NCBI RefSeq assembly: GCF_026210795.1
Contig: NC_089431.1
Span: 2,976,001 to 3,040,000, forward strand
From: Rhizophagus irregularis
Lineage: Eukaryota
DNA: 64,000 bases
Direction of reading: 5' to 3'
Shown here: positions 24,975 through 38,743 of the stretch, one piece after another
How positions within the stretch are numbered: the first letter of the stretch is position 1
How the letters are laid out: the number at the start of each line of letters is the position of its first letter
Notes under the pieces: generated by a model
Database searches by the model: none
Told to the model about the DNA's origin: nothing
Seen by the model: the letters and a program-made list of their open reading frames with translations, nothing else
Made by a program: the position numbers and the translations under genes

Positions 24975-27639
24975 TTTATTCCAGGAAAAAAAAGGGGGGA
25001 AGAATTTCAACGAATACTTAAATGAAAGAATGAATGTGAAAAAGAATGGTCGTTACTTTAGCAGCAACTCAACTAAATTTCTTTAAAAGAAGGTAAAAAA
25101 AGAAGAAGAAAGATGTATTTATTTATATATATAATATTTTTTTTTTCTGATCAATTTATATAGTGATTTCAATTTGAAATTGCGGAAGTATTAGGAGTGT
25201 TCTGTTTCATCTTTTAATGAAATTTTTTAGGGGGTCAAAGAAAGTTTTTGATTGTTTTTTTTTTTGTTTATCAAATAAGGTTTTGTAATACGTAAAATAT
25301 GTATATGATAACAGGTTTTTTCCGATCAACAATTCAACAATGTTAATAATGCCCAACCTTGATTTATTGGGCATTAAGTAATAAACGGTCATTGTCATTT
25401 GTCAACGTAGTGTCTCGTAATGTGTTAAAATTTTAAATAATAGGTTAAAAAAAGTTAACATACCTCAAGGTAAATTGGATTTACACGTCTATTTTATATC
25501 TGTAATGAAAATACAAATAAGCTTATATTCGTTTGGATTATTATATTTTCCGAATATTCTCCGAACATATTAATAACATACGTCATAACAAAGTTAATTT
25601 TTTAAATTATTGTTTACAAAACAAAATTATTCTTTTCTTAAAAGAAAGGTAATTAAAAAAAAAAAATTGGGAATTGAATATTGAAAAGAAAAATCGAAAA
25701 ATCAAAAATTAAAAATTTTATAAAAAAAAAAATTATATAATTAAGAATGGGCGTAATTTTGATAGGTAACACATCAAATACACGTTGTCCGTCAATTGGA
25801 TAATAAAACGGTAACACGAAATGTCCTTGATATTTTATTTATAAAAGCATCAAAAAAATAACAATTAGGGATTCCATTTCTTAGTTATAACACTTTCTAA
25901 TAGCATTTTTTTTCGCTCTATTATTCTAAGTTCACCAATACGCTCAATAGCTCAATAGATATAATTCAAAAAAGTAAAATATTAGTTTTTTTTATCGGAG
26001 TTTATTTGGTCAAATATCATAATCTTAGAGATTTTAAGTTGTTTTGATAATCAATAAAGGGGAGGGGTTTTATATTTTAGCTAATTGGCATCTTATCTTA
26101 ATGAAACTCTAATTTACTCTATTCAAAAATAGTTACACTAAATTTAATGAATCAACTAAAAAAAATTATTTTTTTTTCAAATTCCTGAGAAAAAGTTTAA
26201 TAAAAAGGGAATTAAAGTTGAAAATTTTCTAAATATTGGCTCATATACAAAAACAATATGAACAATCGTTAACATCGTATTTGTGTTTATGTACATCCTG
26301 AGTAATTGAATTATACTATAATTGTTCGTATACATGATGATGATCTTGAAATTTGAGTTTGTTGTCTAATATTATTCTTTCATTGGTTTGTTGATTTTAC
26401 TTAACAAGAAATATCAAAAATTTCAATCTTTCATCTTGTAATTCTGATCTTTTTTAATTTGTCAGCATTAATATTATAATATTTATAATATTCCAATTTA
26501 GTAGTATCATAATATGCCATGCATAACTTGTTTAATCATTCGCCTTGATGAATATTCAGATCTCCTCTTAAAAAATATACTTAGCTAAACTTCGATCTCA
26601 GCTTTTTTTTTTTAAGCAATAAAATATTCTGGGTTAAACCCAATTTTACCTGATTTAAAAATAAAGTTTGTATACATTGTCAAAATTAGCCTAATTTTTA
26701 CCGTTCTTATACTAATTATAGCGATCATTTATATTTTACATTATTTAGAATTTTACCTTTCTTATACTAATTATAGTGGTCAACTGGTCATTTAATTTGG
26801 TGAAGGTGGCTGAATTATATTTAATACATAATTTCAAAAGGGTTTATTGTGTTAACTATTATAACTGTTGTAATTACTTGAATATATATTTAGATTGGTT
26901 CGCGAATGGTTCAATTAAAAGTAATTGTGTAATTGTGTAATCCAATTTAATTTATTATATTTATTGCACGGTTTTAAAGTCTATTTTGAAATTAAAGAAA
27001 CGTGCAAACTCCGACATTCTTCTTGTATAAAAACTCTGATTTTAAAAAACTCATGAAAAAAAGGGGAATTATTTTTAAGAGTTTATTTATATGGAAATGA
27101 ATTATTAATAAATTTATGTTGAACGCAAAAATTGCTTTAAATAGTCATATAAAATTGATACGATAAAAGACATCTCTTATCTATGTCAGATGAAAATCAC
27201 TCCATATTTTATCTCAGTAATTAATATGGCTATAAAAATAAAATTTAATCCCATTAAATTCCTCTTATTGAAAAAAATTTAATGAATACATATTTTATTG
27301 AATTTGCTAAAAACAGGGTATGTGGTTTAAATTTTTTGAAATTCCCCTGAAATAAACAGTAGTGTATGGCCGATACGTAGATTGACTAGATTGTGAATAA
27401 CCATGTTACACAGGCATTTCCATTGCCACTTTTCCGTTTATCGAAAGAATGGCAAGAATGAATGATCAATGTTCATAAACTTCCAGTCATTTTAATAAGA
27501 AAATCGTATTGTCAATTAAGCGAGTTTACTTTATTACATCTAAAGTGAGTACGACAAAAATGGGATAATGCTTAGTAGTAGATATGTTGTTTAAATCCCT
27601 TCAGTTATAATGTTAATCAGAAAATCAATTCAATTATGA

Positions 27640-28400
27640 ACCACAAAGTAGTTTAAGAGGAAAAAGAAGAAAGAGAAGAAATCGAAGAATTCCGGTAACG
27701 GACATTCCAAGAAAACACAAGGTTCGCTATTCTAATAACAGAAATAACATTTTAGCGGAACTAATCTCTGTCACAGTCAGGAAATAAAAGGACTAGTGTA
27801 CCCGTTAAGTGTTCTCTCTTTCTCTACTATTGTCTAAAATACCCGGGTATATATTTCCATCCTGTCAGTACTAGAAGAATTAATATATGAAAATTTTTTA
27901 AAATTTGATTTATAATAGTTGTTAAATATGATGATTTTGTGGAAATTAACTAAATCCACATATTAATATTTGATATATTGAAACGGGTATTTTTGGGGAT
28001 TGGGGTACGTCGAAAAGGAGGAAGTCTTTTAATCAGTGCTATGGGTAACTGTTATATTCTTTTTTAGGTTAGTTTACCCTCTTATATTTTATTCTTTTGT
28101 ATTATTTATTGACTTCTTTTTAATTTCAGGGTTAGGCCGTGCCTATTGATGACTCATTAAAGGAGCAGGCGAGGCGGTCGCTTTTCGGCTATATATTAGT
28201 TGATAGTGTATTGTTAGTAGTTACTTTCATAAGGATTTCGCAACCTATTGTGTGCGATCTTTGTTTAGAGATACCAAAAGTTCGGTTATCAACCCGATCA
28301 TACCCGGATTTTACCGATTCGGGTTCAATCCAAGACCGATCGGTTAGCCGTCGGTTCTATATATAAAAAAAAACCGATAAAAAAAACAGATCGGTTAATT
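27640..28400. repeat. Mixed TE debris: GC-richer retroelement-UTR-like pieces followed by a hAT-like end with CCGAT/CGGTT repeats (from about 28267)
   Basis: Short motifs are shared with 3327-3348 and 12184-12199. CCGA/TCGG repeats are dense at 28280-28395. Confidence 0.4.
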
Positions 28401-28899
28401 GTATATGTTTAATATTTTGATATTTTTTATTTTTTTAATTAAGAAAATATTTATTTAAAAAAATATGATTTTAATTTTTATTGTTTATATGTATTTATTT
28501 ATTTTACAAAATGAAAGAAAATAAAAATCTAAAAATAGTAAAACCTATTAAACACTAAGTTTCTATAATCCTTTAAACTCCTTCCTAGCCCATATACTAA
28601 TGTTGACTATACTTATAAGTTCAATAATTGGATTTTATTGGATTAATAAAATTATTAGGTCCAATAGTTCAATTAGTGACGAAGTCTTTATAATCCAATT
28701 GATCCAATCCCCATCATTACCTTTGGTTATATAAGAATTATTTACTCATATTTGAATTATTTGAATTATCAACGCGTTTATCACGTGATTTTTTCGCAAA
28801 GTCACATAATTGATATATTGCAAAGAAAAATTACGTAAATTAATACCCCAAGCCTTTTAAATTTTTACCAAAACTTTACGTAGTCTCAACATATCAGTC

Positions 28900-30135
28900 A
28901 CAATTCGTACTTAGCACAAAATCAAATTCCTCTCGTCTGAATTGTGGCATTCTTCATCGCCTGTTAATATAGATCCAATCATTCTTAAAACGATATCATA
29001 TGTGATTTAGATCAATTTTTAGCGCTAACAAATGATTTTGCTTCCCATACAAATTTCATCTTTTATACAGATGGCTTAGTTAGAGCTTTGAGATCATGCG
29101 AATGCTCTATGGACTATGGATGGATTTAATGTAGTAATAATGCTCCCAAATATAATCTACTTTAAAGGAACTACTATATTTTTTTCCTTCTTCGACAAAA
29201 GCTGAAATGATGGCTATATGTACCGCGTTACGGTTCCTTCGAGCAGTCACGTACGCATCTCTATGGATGGATTTAATGCAGTAATAATGCTCCCAAATAT
29301 AATCTACTTTAAAAGGAACTGCCATATTTTTCCTTCTTCAACAAAAGCTGAAACGATGGCTATATGTACGTTACTGACGACAGTCGTGTACGCATCTTTA
29401 CTGACTCAACTAACTGTATCGATACTTACAACAATTATCAAAATACTCGACGCTCGCAAATTAAAAAAGAAAATCTTTCTTATAATTAATTTTAATTTTC
29501 ACCTTTTTTCAAGAGAAACATTTACTACTTTACCTCCATGAAATCAAAGCACACTCTTATTTAATTGATCCGATTATTATCAATCCAAAATTTTTCACTA
29601 GCAAGTCTCTGGGGTTTGTTGCCTGGAATCATCTCCATATTACAGTAGACTAAAACGTTAGGAAATGGGCCAACATTTTGATACAAGCCAAAATATTCAA
29701 CGGTTTCCTTAACAATTTCTTCATCACATCCTCTCATAGCATCAACTCAATCGAGATCTATTGATTGGAATTTAATATACATTTCAATCATAATCTTTCC
29801 CACATGTGAAACGTTTATCTCGCAGAATTCGCTTAAAATGAAAAATGCAATTTATCTACTCCACAGCTGATGCCCTACAGCATAATTACCTTGATTGTAT
29901 CCCACTGGTCCTATTCAATGCTCGAATTGTCAGACACCAATCAACATATAACTTTATGTCCTGCATATAAAGCTAACAGTTAAAACGTAAACACAAAGAT
30001 TTACTCACACATGTTACTTGAAACACAATAGAAAAGATAGAATTAATTCAAACAATTTGCACATTTAGATACTATAGAATATTTAAACTCAAATTTAGAT
30101 CTGATCTTTCTTTTGATTCATCACCTAATTCCATT
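28900..30135 (+). pseudogene. Degenerate non-LTR retrotransposon ORF2 fragment (RNase H and C-terminal Cys/His region)
   Basis: Translatable remnants IFYTDG, FPSSTKAEMMAICTAL, VRIFTDS, EIKAHS and IFLLIHHLIP, with many frameshifts and a 147-bp internal tandem duplication. Confidence 0.75.
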
Positions 30136-32329
30136 GCCAGACCATTTCCTGAATGCCATTTTTCCGAATATATCTTTTTCTGAAGTCAATTAACTGAATA
30201 CTAATTTCTGTAAACATGACATAGCGCCTTTATCTTTACTAGATTTATTAAAAACATTTACAATTAAACGAATCATACAATTAAAGAAATAAAAGAAATA
30301 ATAAAAAATTAACTAACTAAAAATAAAGCTATATAGTCTCCTAAAAAGCTGTTAACGTAAATTACAAATCAAAATATAATTATTAGTACACTAACACTTC
30401 CTAGATCATCCCCGTGATATATTTCAAACATAGTAGATGCCAGTAGAAAATAGACCCTTGCCTACATCGGGACCTGATCCCAAATGGCGATTCTTTTAGC
30501 GAATTGGGGAAATCCCGAAAGAAACGAAATATCTGCAACTCAACGCTGATCCTGTAATTCCCGAAGGTCTGAACTATGTTGATTAGATAACGAATCGTGC
30601 ACCCATTATTAAAATCGATACCCAATCTGAATACTAATTTCCAAACTGGACCCTTCCTGAATATACAATCCGAATCCTTATTTCCCGAATCCCAATTTCC
30701 TAAAATACTATTTTCTGAATCCTGAATCCCGATATTCTGAATTCCAATATTCCACATAAATTGCTATTTTTAAAACTTTTTTCCAGATAATAACATTTGT
30801 AGAATTGCTATAATAATAATTTTTAAATTTAGAAACTTCGGAAAATTATAGATAATTATCAATACGTAAAATTATATTTTATAAATAAAGTGTTTTGTTA
30901 GTAATTTTTCTATATTTATTGCGAAATTAACAAATGTTTAGTAGTAATTGCTAACTTCAATTTAGGGATTGGAATCGATTTTGCCAAAATCGAATTAATC
31001 AAAAATCTATTTAACTCAACTATCGAATAAAAAATCAAAACTATAGTGCCGGCCAGAATTACAAAATTATAAATCACATGACTTGCACAGAAGTTTTAAT
31101 TCTGACCGGAATTATAAACCTGGCCAGAGCCACCGATCACTAATTATTTGTACGATAAACGTTTTATTTTAATGCAAAATTATAAAAGTTTAATAATTAA
31201 ATGATTTATGATAAATTTATGATCATTGGGAATTTTCCTGCCACAAATTCCAATCGATTAGAAATTGAAAATCAAATTTTAGATGCGATTAGTCAAAAAT
31301 CGATTCTAATTATGGAAATCGATTCCTTCAATTTCCAAAATGTTATGGCACTTTAATAATATCATTGTCATCTGATCTCCTTGAATAGATAGATATATTG
31401 AATTATGATGCAATATTTATAAAGAATATGTAATAAAATTTAAAAAAATACAGTTTATTGTTATGTTTCAGGAAATTGTCCATTCAAGATATTTCTGTAA
31501 CCTAATTTAGCATATTTATTTTACAATTATACAGGCAGATGGCAGCTTCGTAACACAGTTTTTCTCTCGTTTAATAAAGATGGCTGAGGCTACGTGGCAA
31601 AATCGTTCTCAGAATTTCAAACCTCGAGAACGATCTTTGAATACTAATTTACTATCATATCAAATCACGTGATAATAATTCAACGAATGACGCCATAATA
31701 TTTCACAACCTCATTTTTAACTCGCATATATCAGATGGACATCAAATTTTTTACATGGTATTCACAGATGAAATTTTTTTTAATAATATAGACGTATTAG
31801 ATTTTTTCCTTTTAATTCTTTTTTTATTCTCATGTTACTTAATTTTATTTCACTCTATCCCTGGTGTGTGCTATATTCGTTCTCATAGTTCGTTATAGCT
31901 TTTCCTTTCCTCATTCTTCCACCAGAGGAATGCTGATGTTCAGTTTTCTATTATGTACTGCGACAGAATTTATATGTATATCTTCTAATAGTCTGTGCTG
32001 GCATTGTTTTTCTCTGTGAAATAAAAATAAAATAAAAATTACGTAATCAGCGAATTGTATAAGCACTTTAACATCTCATATAGATAACTTGACGCATTTA
32101 CCCAGCATTACATATTAATCCTAAAAATATTAAAGATGCCCCTATGACCCCTACATGGAACAAGTAATATAGGTCCAATTGATCGAGATATTAGAAAATG
32201 GAAAGAAACGCTTAGTAACAGCTATATATTCTCTCCAGACTAGTCCAGAATAAAACCTTTTGACTCTATTTTCATATTTTTCCACTTCCGACATTGACTG
32301 GTCATACACCTATCATAATATACTTAATA

Positions 32330-32512
32330 CGGTTACGATACATTTCGCCGAAATCCATTTCACCGAAACCATCTCGCCGAACCGAAGGGATGTTTCGCCA
32401 AAAGGACATTTTACCGAAAGTGCATTTTATTGAATCCATTTCACCGAATCATCCACTTCGCCAAGTTCCATTCACAGAATTCCATTTCGCCAAAGGGACA
32501 TTTCGCCGAAAA
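32330..32512 (+). repeat. Array of about 15-bp CATTTCGCCGAA-type repeats (probable DNA-transposon terminus)
   Basis: CATTTCGCCGAA, CATTTCACCGAA, CATCTCGCCGAA and TGTTTCGCCAAA variants, about 10 units. The partner end was not found. Confidence 0.65.
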
Positions 32513-32799
32513 TGGTAGCAATTAAAAAAATATTCATCGCGCAATGAAGATAAAAAACAAATTATTTTTAGAGAACTTTTTTTTTCTAGGATATTATCAC
32601 TTTAACATTCAAGTAACTGATATTAATTGTTAAACAATATATAAATAACTTTATTTTCTTGAAAACATTTATTTACGAAAAGTACGTAAAAAAAAGATTA
32701 ATGTATTATAAACCAACGAGATAAATTTAATAAAATCATCTAATTCAAAAATTTTTGACTAGAAAAGATTTTATTTAATATAAAAACAATAAAATAACC

Positions 32800-33565
32800 A
32801 AATGGAATAAAGAATTTTTCGACTTGGTGACATTTTACAACGCAATTACCCTTCAGTTTAACCTATCACCGATATATTGTGCCCAATTTGTAAATCCGTA
32901 AAAGATTCAAATACGCGCTTCAGTTTTTGTCCAGCACTCCTACCTTAACTCAATCAGATTTAACAAGTTTGTTCACAAATGTTACCGACTCATCACATCT
33001 CATCCATCTATTTAGTCCCACACGAATTAAAACAATAGTGACACAATTCATGTCTTCTATTCTTAACAAATACTTAATGACGCGTTCCAAAAATGAGAAC
33101 GAGAAAACAATGTTAAGCAAAAACATAAAAAGCATTACATACGAAAGGTAAAACAAATAACCTAACAAAAGAAGACAAGTACAACGTACGCCATCACAAA
33201 ATATGATCATAGATAATGCAATTCGACTTACATCATATACTATTACTACAAATTTTTACATTCGAGAGGTTGGATGTCACATATATTTACTTATCCTGAC
33301 ATTTTTATTTAATGATAATTATATAGATTTTTCTTTTTCCTCTTTTTTTTCTTTTAATGTATCTTTTTATTTTCTTATTTTACTTGGACTCCTTTAAATA
33401 TAGTACATATTTTGGCTGAGCCTATTCGACTTCAAAAATAAAAGGTAGGGCTGTTCCATGGAGGGATATGGTAGTATATTATTCTAGTGTTAGAATACAG
33501 ATCTTTATTTTGTACTCCGCTCAGTCCGCTGACTTGTCTATATATAAAAAATATAAAAAACAAGA
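32800..33565 (+). mobile_element. 3' end of a second non-LTR retrotransposon copy (decayed ORF tail, T-rich then structured 3' UTR, A-rich tail)
   Basis: Remnant SSHLIHL..VPHEL parallels the IHHLIP segment at about 30110. A GC-richer UTR at 33410-33540 ends in an A-rich tract. Confidence 0.5.
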
Positions 33566-34435
33566 AAAATTATGTAAATTTAAAGGACTGATAAAAGAGC
33601 GAGCACTCCGGTTTAATTATTTCGGATGGTCGATATAATAAGGAGAACCTTGTCCTTACTTTATATCTATTTATCTATTCCTAATTTCATAAAATAAAGA
33701 AATAAAAATAATAGAATAATCATAACTAATATAATAAAGTTGGCCAATAATGGGCGAGATAGTGAATTTCCTATTCCGGGAGCTGGTAAAGGGTTTATTG
33801 ACAAATGATTTTGCTGGGAAAAAAAACGAAATCGAAAAAATAGGCGCCGGATAGTGCACCGGGGTTATGAGTGAATGGGACAAAAAGTAAAAGCGGGGTA
33901 GATGTGGGTAAGAAGCAATAATCTTTGATATATTTTTTTTATTCAAATTTGCAATCGATTTCACGGTTCAAAACCGCAGGTTTGAACCGAACCGACCGTT
34001 GGCCCCTAAACCTTTCTTTATTATAAAAATAAGAATTAAAAATAAACAATTCAATTATGAACTATTTGTCTTGTTCGCGGTACCCCCATTATTTTACATT
34101 ATATTAATTTCAAATTTAGACTAGAATTACTTTTTAATCGGATATCGGTTATCAGTTTATATTGACGAGACGCTTGACCATTCAATTTATAAAACGTTTA
34201 TACATAAATTTATTTAATTTTTCTTTTTAAAAAAAAAATAAAAAAAAAAGTCAAAAGAATACATTTATGCATATATCTATCAAACATGAATTGCAAGAAA
34301 AATTTAATGTTTAAATGATGATAAAAAAAAAAATTCTAATTTTTTTTTTATTAATGCTAATATTATGCTAATTCCTCTAGTAATAATTAAGGTAAATAAT
34401 TTTTTGTAATTAAAATGAATTTATATATAAATTAA

Positions 34436-35806
34436 TTAATTCAAATTTAATAATGATGAGAATAAAACTGTAATAATGGATCCAACAGTGAAAGGAATGA
34501 TAGGTGATGATGGACTTGCGCTTACAGATGGTGGAAGTGATTTACCCGGAGTAGAACCTTTATTAGTACTATTACCATTTTTACCAACTAATTCTAAGTA
34601 AGGGTTATTATCACCAATACATTGAGGTACAGTCATAATCTTCAAATTTGGTACTTTAACAGCTCTATCAATAATTTGAACTGCAGCGTCAACAGTTTGT
34701 GGATAAAGATCATGTTCGAGAACAATGAACCCGGTTTTCAATTTAGGGAAAGTTTGCATCCAAGTTTCAAAGGTATTTAGAACAAAGTCGACTGTCTTAG
34801 GAGGATTGGAAGTTAAAGTCCAATCATTACTATCGAATTCTGGAACCCAAAGGACGGCTACAAAAATAATAAAAAATATGTTTATATTTGATAAGATTTT
34901 CAGTATATGATATATTATATATTCAAATATTTTTAACATACTTTTCAAACCAACAGCACGAGCAACAGCACGAACACGATTATCAGTATCACCATATGGA
35001 GGTCGCATATATAGAGGAGTAACACCAACAACATCTTTAATAGCCTGGATAAAGAAATGGGAATTATATTAAATGTTAAAATTCAAAAATTATATTAAAA
35101 ATTTTGATACATAACAAGAAAAAATGTGAACCTTCATAGTCCATTTTAATTCAGCAACGATGGCTTCATTTGGAAGGGAGGTAAGTGCCGGATGAGACCA
35201 AGTGTGTACTGCGATATTATGACCTAAATTTTTTATTATAATTATTTAAATTTTTTTTTAGTTATTCGATTAAGTAAAAATTTTAGAAAGAACAGGGGAG
35301 ATAACCATACCAGAATCAAAAGCAGATTTGAGAATTTGAGGATTGTTAATAACACGGCTTCCTACTACGAAAAATGTAGCTTTAATCTTATGCTCATTCA
35401 ATTTGCTTAATAACTTGGGTGTTGACTCTGATGGCCCGTCGTCATATGTTAGCCCCCAATCACCAACATTTGGACAAAATGCAACATCATCTTCTGCAGT
35501 GAATTTTTGACAAGTCCAAGATCCCTGATCTGGTTGAATTACAGTTGGAGGGCCACACTGAGCCTGTTGAGTATTAATTTTACCACCATTTGAAATTGGA
35601 AGATTTGGAACTTTTGATAGATCTATTTCTTTTAACCATGCTTGGACTTGAGGGCTGCTAGTGTCTGGTATTTTATCAGCAGTTGGATAGTCATTAATTG
35701 AAATTGGAGGGGGTGCAGCCGGCGAACTCGGGGAAGCAGCTTGGGGGGAGGCTTTTACCACACAAAAAGTAGCAAAAGCGATTGTAATAATAGGAAATAT
35801 CTTCAT
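34436..35806 (-). CDS. Chitin deacetylase (CE4/NodB domain), secreted and probably GPI-anchored, 4 exons
   Basis: Signal peptide plus all five CE4 motifs: LTYDDGP, HTWSH, YMRPPYG, DSNDW and IVLEHD. S/P-rich linker and hydrophobic C-terminal tail. Confidence 0.95.
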
Positions 35807-37564
35807 TTCGAATGAAGTATATTAATTTATAGAATTGTATATATTGAAAATAATTAATAAAGATGAAATAAGTATTTTTTTTCTTCTAGAATGATTTTAT
35901 TGTGTTGCCTTCGAGGGTGAAGAAGAGTGTTAAAGGAGAGAGTTGAAACAAGACCAAGTATAGGTCTTAAAGAGATATATAATGAATTTGAATAAGGGGA
36001 ACTAAAAATTTGAATGCATAAAAGGAGAAAAAAAAAACCACAGGTTCTTTTTTGTTTTTTTTATTTATTTATATTTTGTTTATTTCTCAAATAATTTAAA
36101 AAAAAAGAAATGGTAAAATCAGGTTGTTTGTACCTTATATAAAATCATTTGAAAAAATGTGCAGTGTAAATATATCGAACCAATCCAAATATGGATTTCT
36201 GTTAGGACCCGAACTTTTTATGTTGCACTTACAATTATTTCTTAACAACTTTATTATTGGAAGAAAATCAATGCAAATTTACTTGATTAAAGCATTAAAT
36301 CATGGGCGTAAATTTTAATTGGCGAGCTTGCATTCAAAAATAAGATAATTGGAAAAATCGAAAGAAAAGTTAAAATTAACTTGCTCCTAACCTAATATAT
36401 TTATGGCTAATAAATTATGAATTAATTATTATTATTACACACAATTGCGCTCACTGAAACCTTTGTCGATTAAATTTGTAATTTTGAACACAAAGATTTT
36501 TTTAAAAAAAGAAACCTTTTTTTTTTGTTTGATAAAAAAAATATTCCATGTATTTCTTTAATTGGGAAAATAGTAACGATAGTAAACGTAATATTAACAT
36601 AAAATATAAATATTTATGATTTGTGCTATAAAAACTATTTTTTACACATGTTTAATTCCACGCTATATATATATATAACCAATTAATTATAATTTACTGT
36701 GTAAATTATATGGTTCGGCTGATATGTATTACAAAAAAATATATAACCAGAGAACTTTTTATATTACTTCTTTCCCGGAGAAGACTTATTTAAAATTCGG
36801 GTTTTTGCATATAAATAAATAGATGTACCAACAATTAATGCATATTTTAAGGTAATTAATTTCGGCATTTCAGATTCGGTTATTCTCGGGGCTAATCTTT
36901 AATGCATATATTAAACAAATGTACTCCTTAGATTAATCGTGCATTATGTATGCATTTATATATATATCATAAATAGAGAAATAACCATTTTAGATTTTTG
37001 GGAAAAAAATTGTATATTTTGATCCTGAAACATATATAAAGTTTTGAAGAGAGTTTTAGATTTTTTTTACAAATGTGGGTTTAAAACATTATCAAAATGA
37101 GAATATTTTTAGTAATTGAGTTAATTTGTAACTAAATTACAAACTTATTAGTAAAGACGTTTAAGGACTGTAAGGTGTAACCGAATAAAAGTAAATAAAT
37201 ATAAATGCATGATTCATGATTACGTATTTTTCAATCATAAAATCAAATTATTATTTAAACTATTGATTCTTTGACTAGAGAACGTTTTAGTTCTATTTAA
37301 CAATTGATGGATATTAATATGAAATGGTTTGAAATTATCACATATGATGGAAGTATTATATATTAGATTGAATGATTTGTAATTGTCCAAAGAATTTATT
37401 AAATCATTTTACGAGTTATATATATAATCGTTTCTAAGAAATTTTTTGACGACTAAATTTTTATTGTATATATTATATATACGGTAAATATAAAAATACA
37501 GAGTTTTCTGAGTTTTTTTAATGTGTATGTGTTATGCTATATATATATATACATTTATTACTAA

Positions 37565-38743
37565 TCATGTCTGTGAAGTCTGCGAATCAGTATTGTTATT
37601 TAATGAATAAGAAGGAAGAGTAGATGTTTGATTTGTAGGTAAATTTGGTTCATAAGAAGGAGGAGAAGAATCATATCGAGGTTGTAGAGTTTCAGAATCT
37701 AGATATCTTGAAATTTCTTCTTGGTGTAAAAGTTCAGCGACTAAACAAGATTCTTCTTCTTCACTCATCATATTTTTAATTTTTACTGGAACTTCTAAAT
37801 TAATATTATGTCTACTAAAAATACCAAAATTAACTTTAATTTTAACCTTATGAGTAACTTCAATATGAAAACTTTCTTCTGACCAATTAAAAATACTAAG
37901 ACAATCATCAGGTATTGTAAAATTAATATCCATAATACATTCATTATATTGAGTTTCTTTTGAAATTGGAATTTGTTTACCCTTTATAATCTTTTTCCCC
38001 ACATTTTTACGCTTCTTCTTAATCTCTGATTTAATTGTGACGGCAGTATATTCTTTTAAACTTATTACAATATCTTCTAATGAAACTCGAGCATCGAAAA
38101 ATGTTAATTTCACTCTAACAATAATTGGATAACGAGGACCAAAAACTCTATCATTTAAAGAAATTTCATATCCAATCCCTTTCTTTGGTTTATCATTTTT
38201 CCATGTTATAGGATTAGGTATTGAAGGTGGTAAACTATACCGATCGACTATATAAGCGCATTGTATAACTTTTGTTGAACCTTGAAAAGTTTTAATATTT
38301 GGTTTACGCGATATTATAGCTCTAAGACTATATTCAATCTTTCCTCGATCTTTATTTACTGATAAACTTGAAGGTATATCATTAGGTAGAGGAATTTCAA
38401 AAGGTAAAATCATATTCCTTATTTCTTTATAATCATTATTATCACTTTTCCATAATTCAGTAGTAATATTACATATTGAATTTGTTCCATAATTTAAAAA
38501 TTTTGGTCCAGTATCATGTAATTGAATAAATTCTGCTCCTGAAAATGATAATTTTATCTGTTTTATATACATTGGATCATTTGAAGGAAAACTAAGATGT
38601 AAAAAACCAACGATTGATGTATTATTAGTAATACCAAGAAATCCTTCCTGAAATGATTTTCGTCCCTCTTGATAAGAAAAATATATTGATGGTGTAAATT
38701 CTTTATATAAAGAACGCGGGGGTCCCTTGGGTAAACTAGGCAT
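37565..38743 (-). CDS. Alpha-arrestin (ART-like) with C-terminal PY motifs, intronless
   Basis: Motifs LPFEIPLPNDIPSS, GKIEYSL and IEVTHKVKI, with tail motifs PPSY and LPSY. Confidence 0.88.
   Translation of the reverse strand: MPSLPKGPPRSLYKEFTPSIYFSYQEGRKSFQEGFLGITNNTSIVGFLHLSFPSNDPMYIKQIKLSFSGAEFIQLHDTGPKFLNYGTNSICNITTELWKSDNNDYKEIRNMILPFEIPLPNDIPSSLSVNKDRGKIEYSLRAIISRKPNIKTFQGSTKVIQCAYIVDRYSLPPSIPNPITWKNDKPKKGIGYEISLNDRVFGPRYPIIVRVKLTFFDARVSLEDIVISLKEYTAVTIKSEIKKKRKNVGKKIIKGKQIPISKETQYNECIMDINFTIPDDCLSIFNWSEESFHIEVTHKVKIKVNFGIFSRHNINLEVPVKIKNMMSEEEESCLVAELLHQEEISRYLDSETLQPRYDSSPPSYEPNLPTNQTSTLPSYSLNNNTDSQTSQT

Noticed and set aside
32330..32512. Possible CRISPR array (also 42990-43075)
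   Set aside because: Units are degenerate and adjacent, with no unique spacers and no cas genes; the context is eukaryotic TE DNA.
28267..34010. Single large hAT element spanning 28.27-34.01 kb
   Set aside because: Both ends have CGGTT-type repeats, but the termini (TAGAGATACCAA vs TAGGGGCCAA) match poorly and no 8-bp TSD was found.
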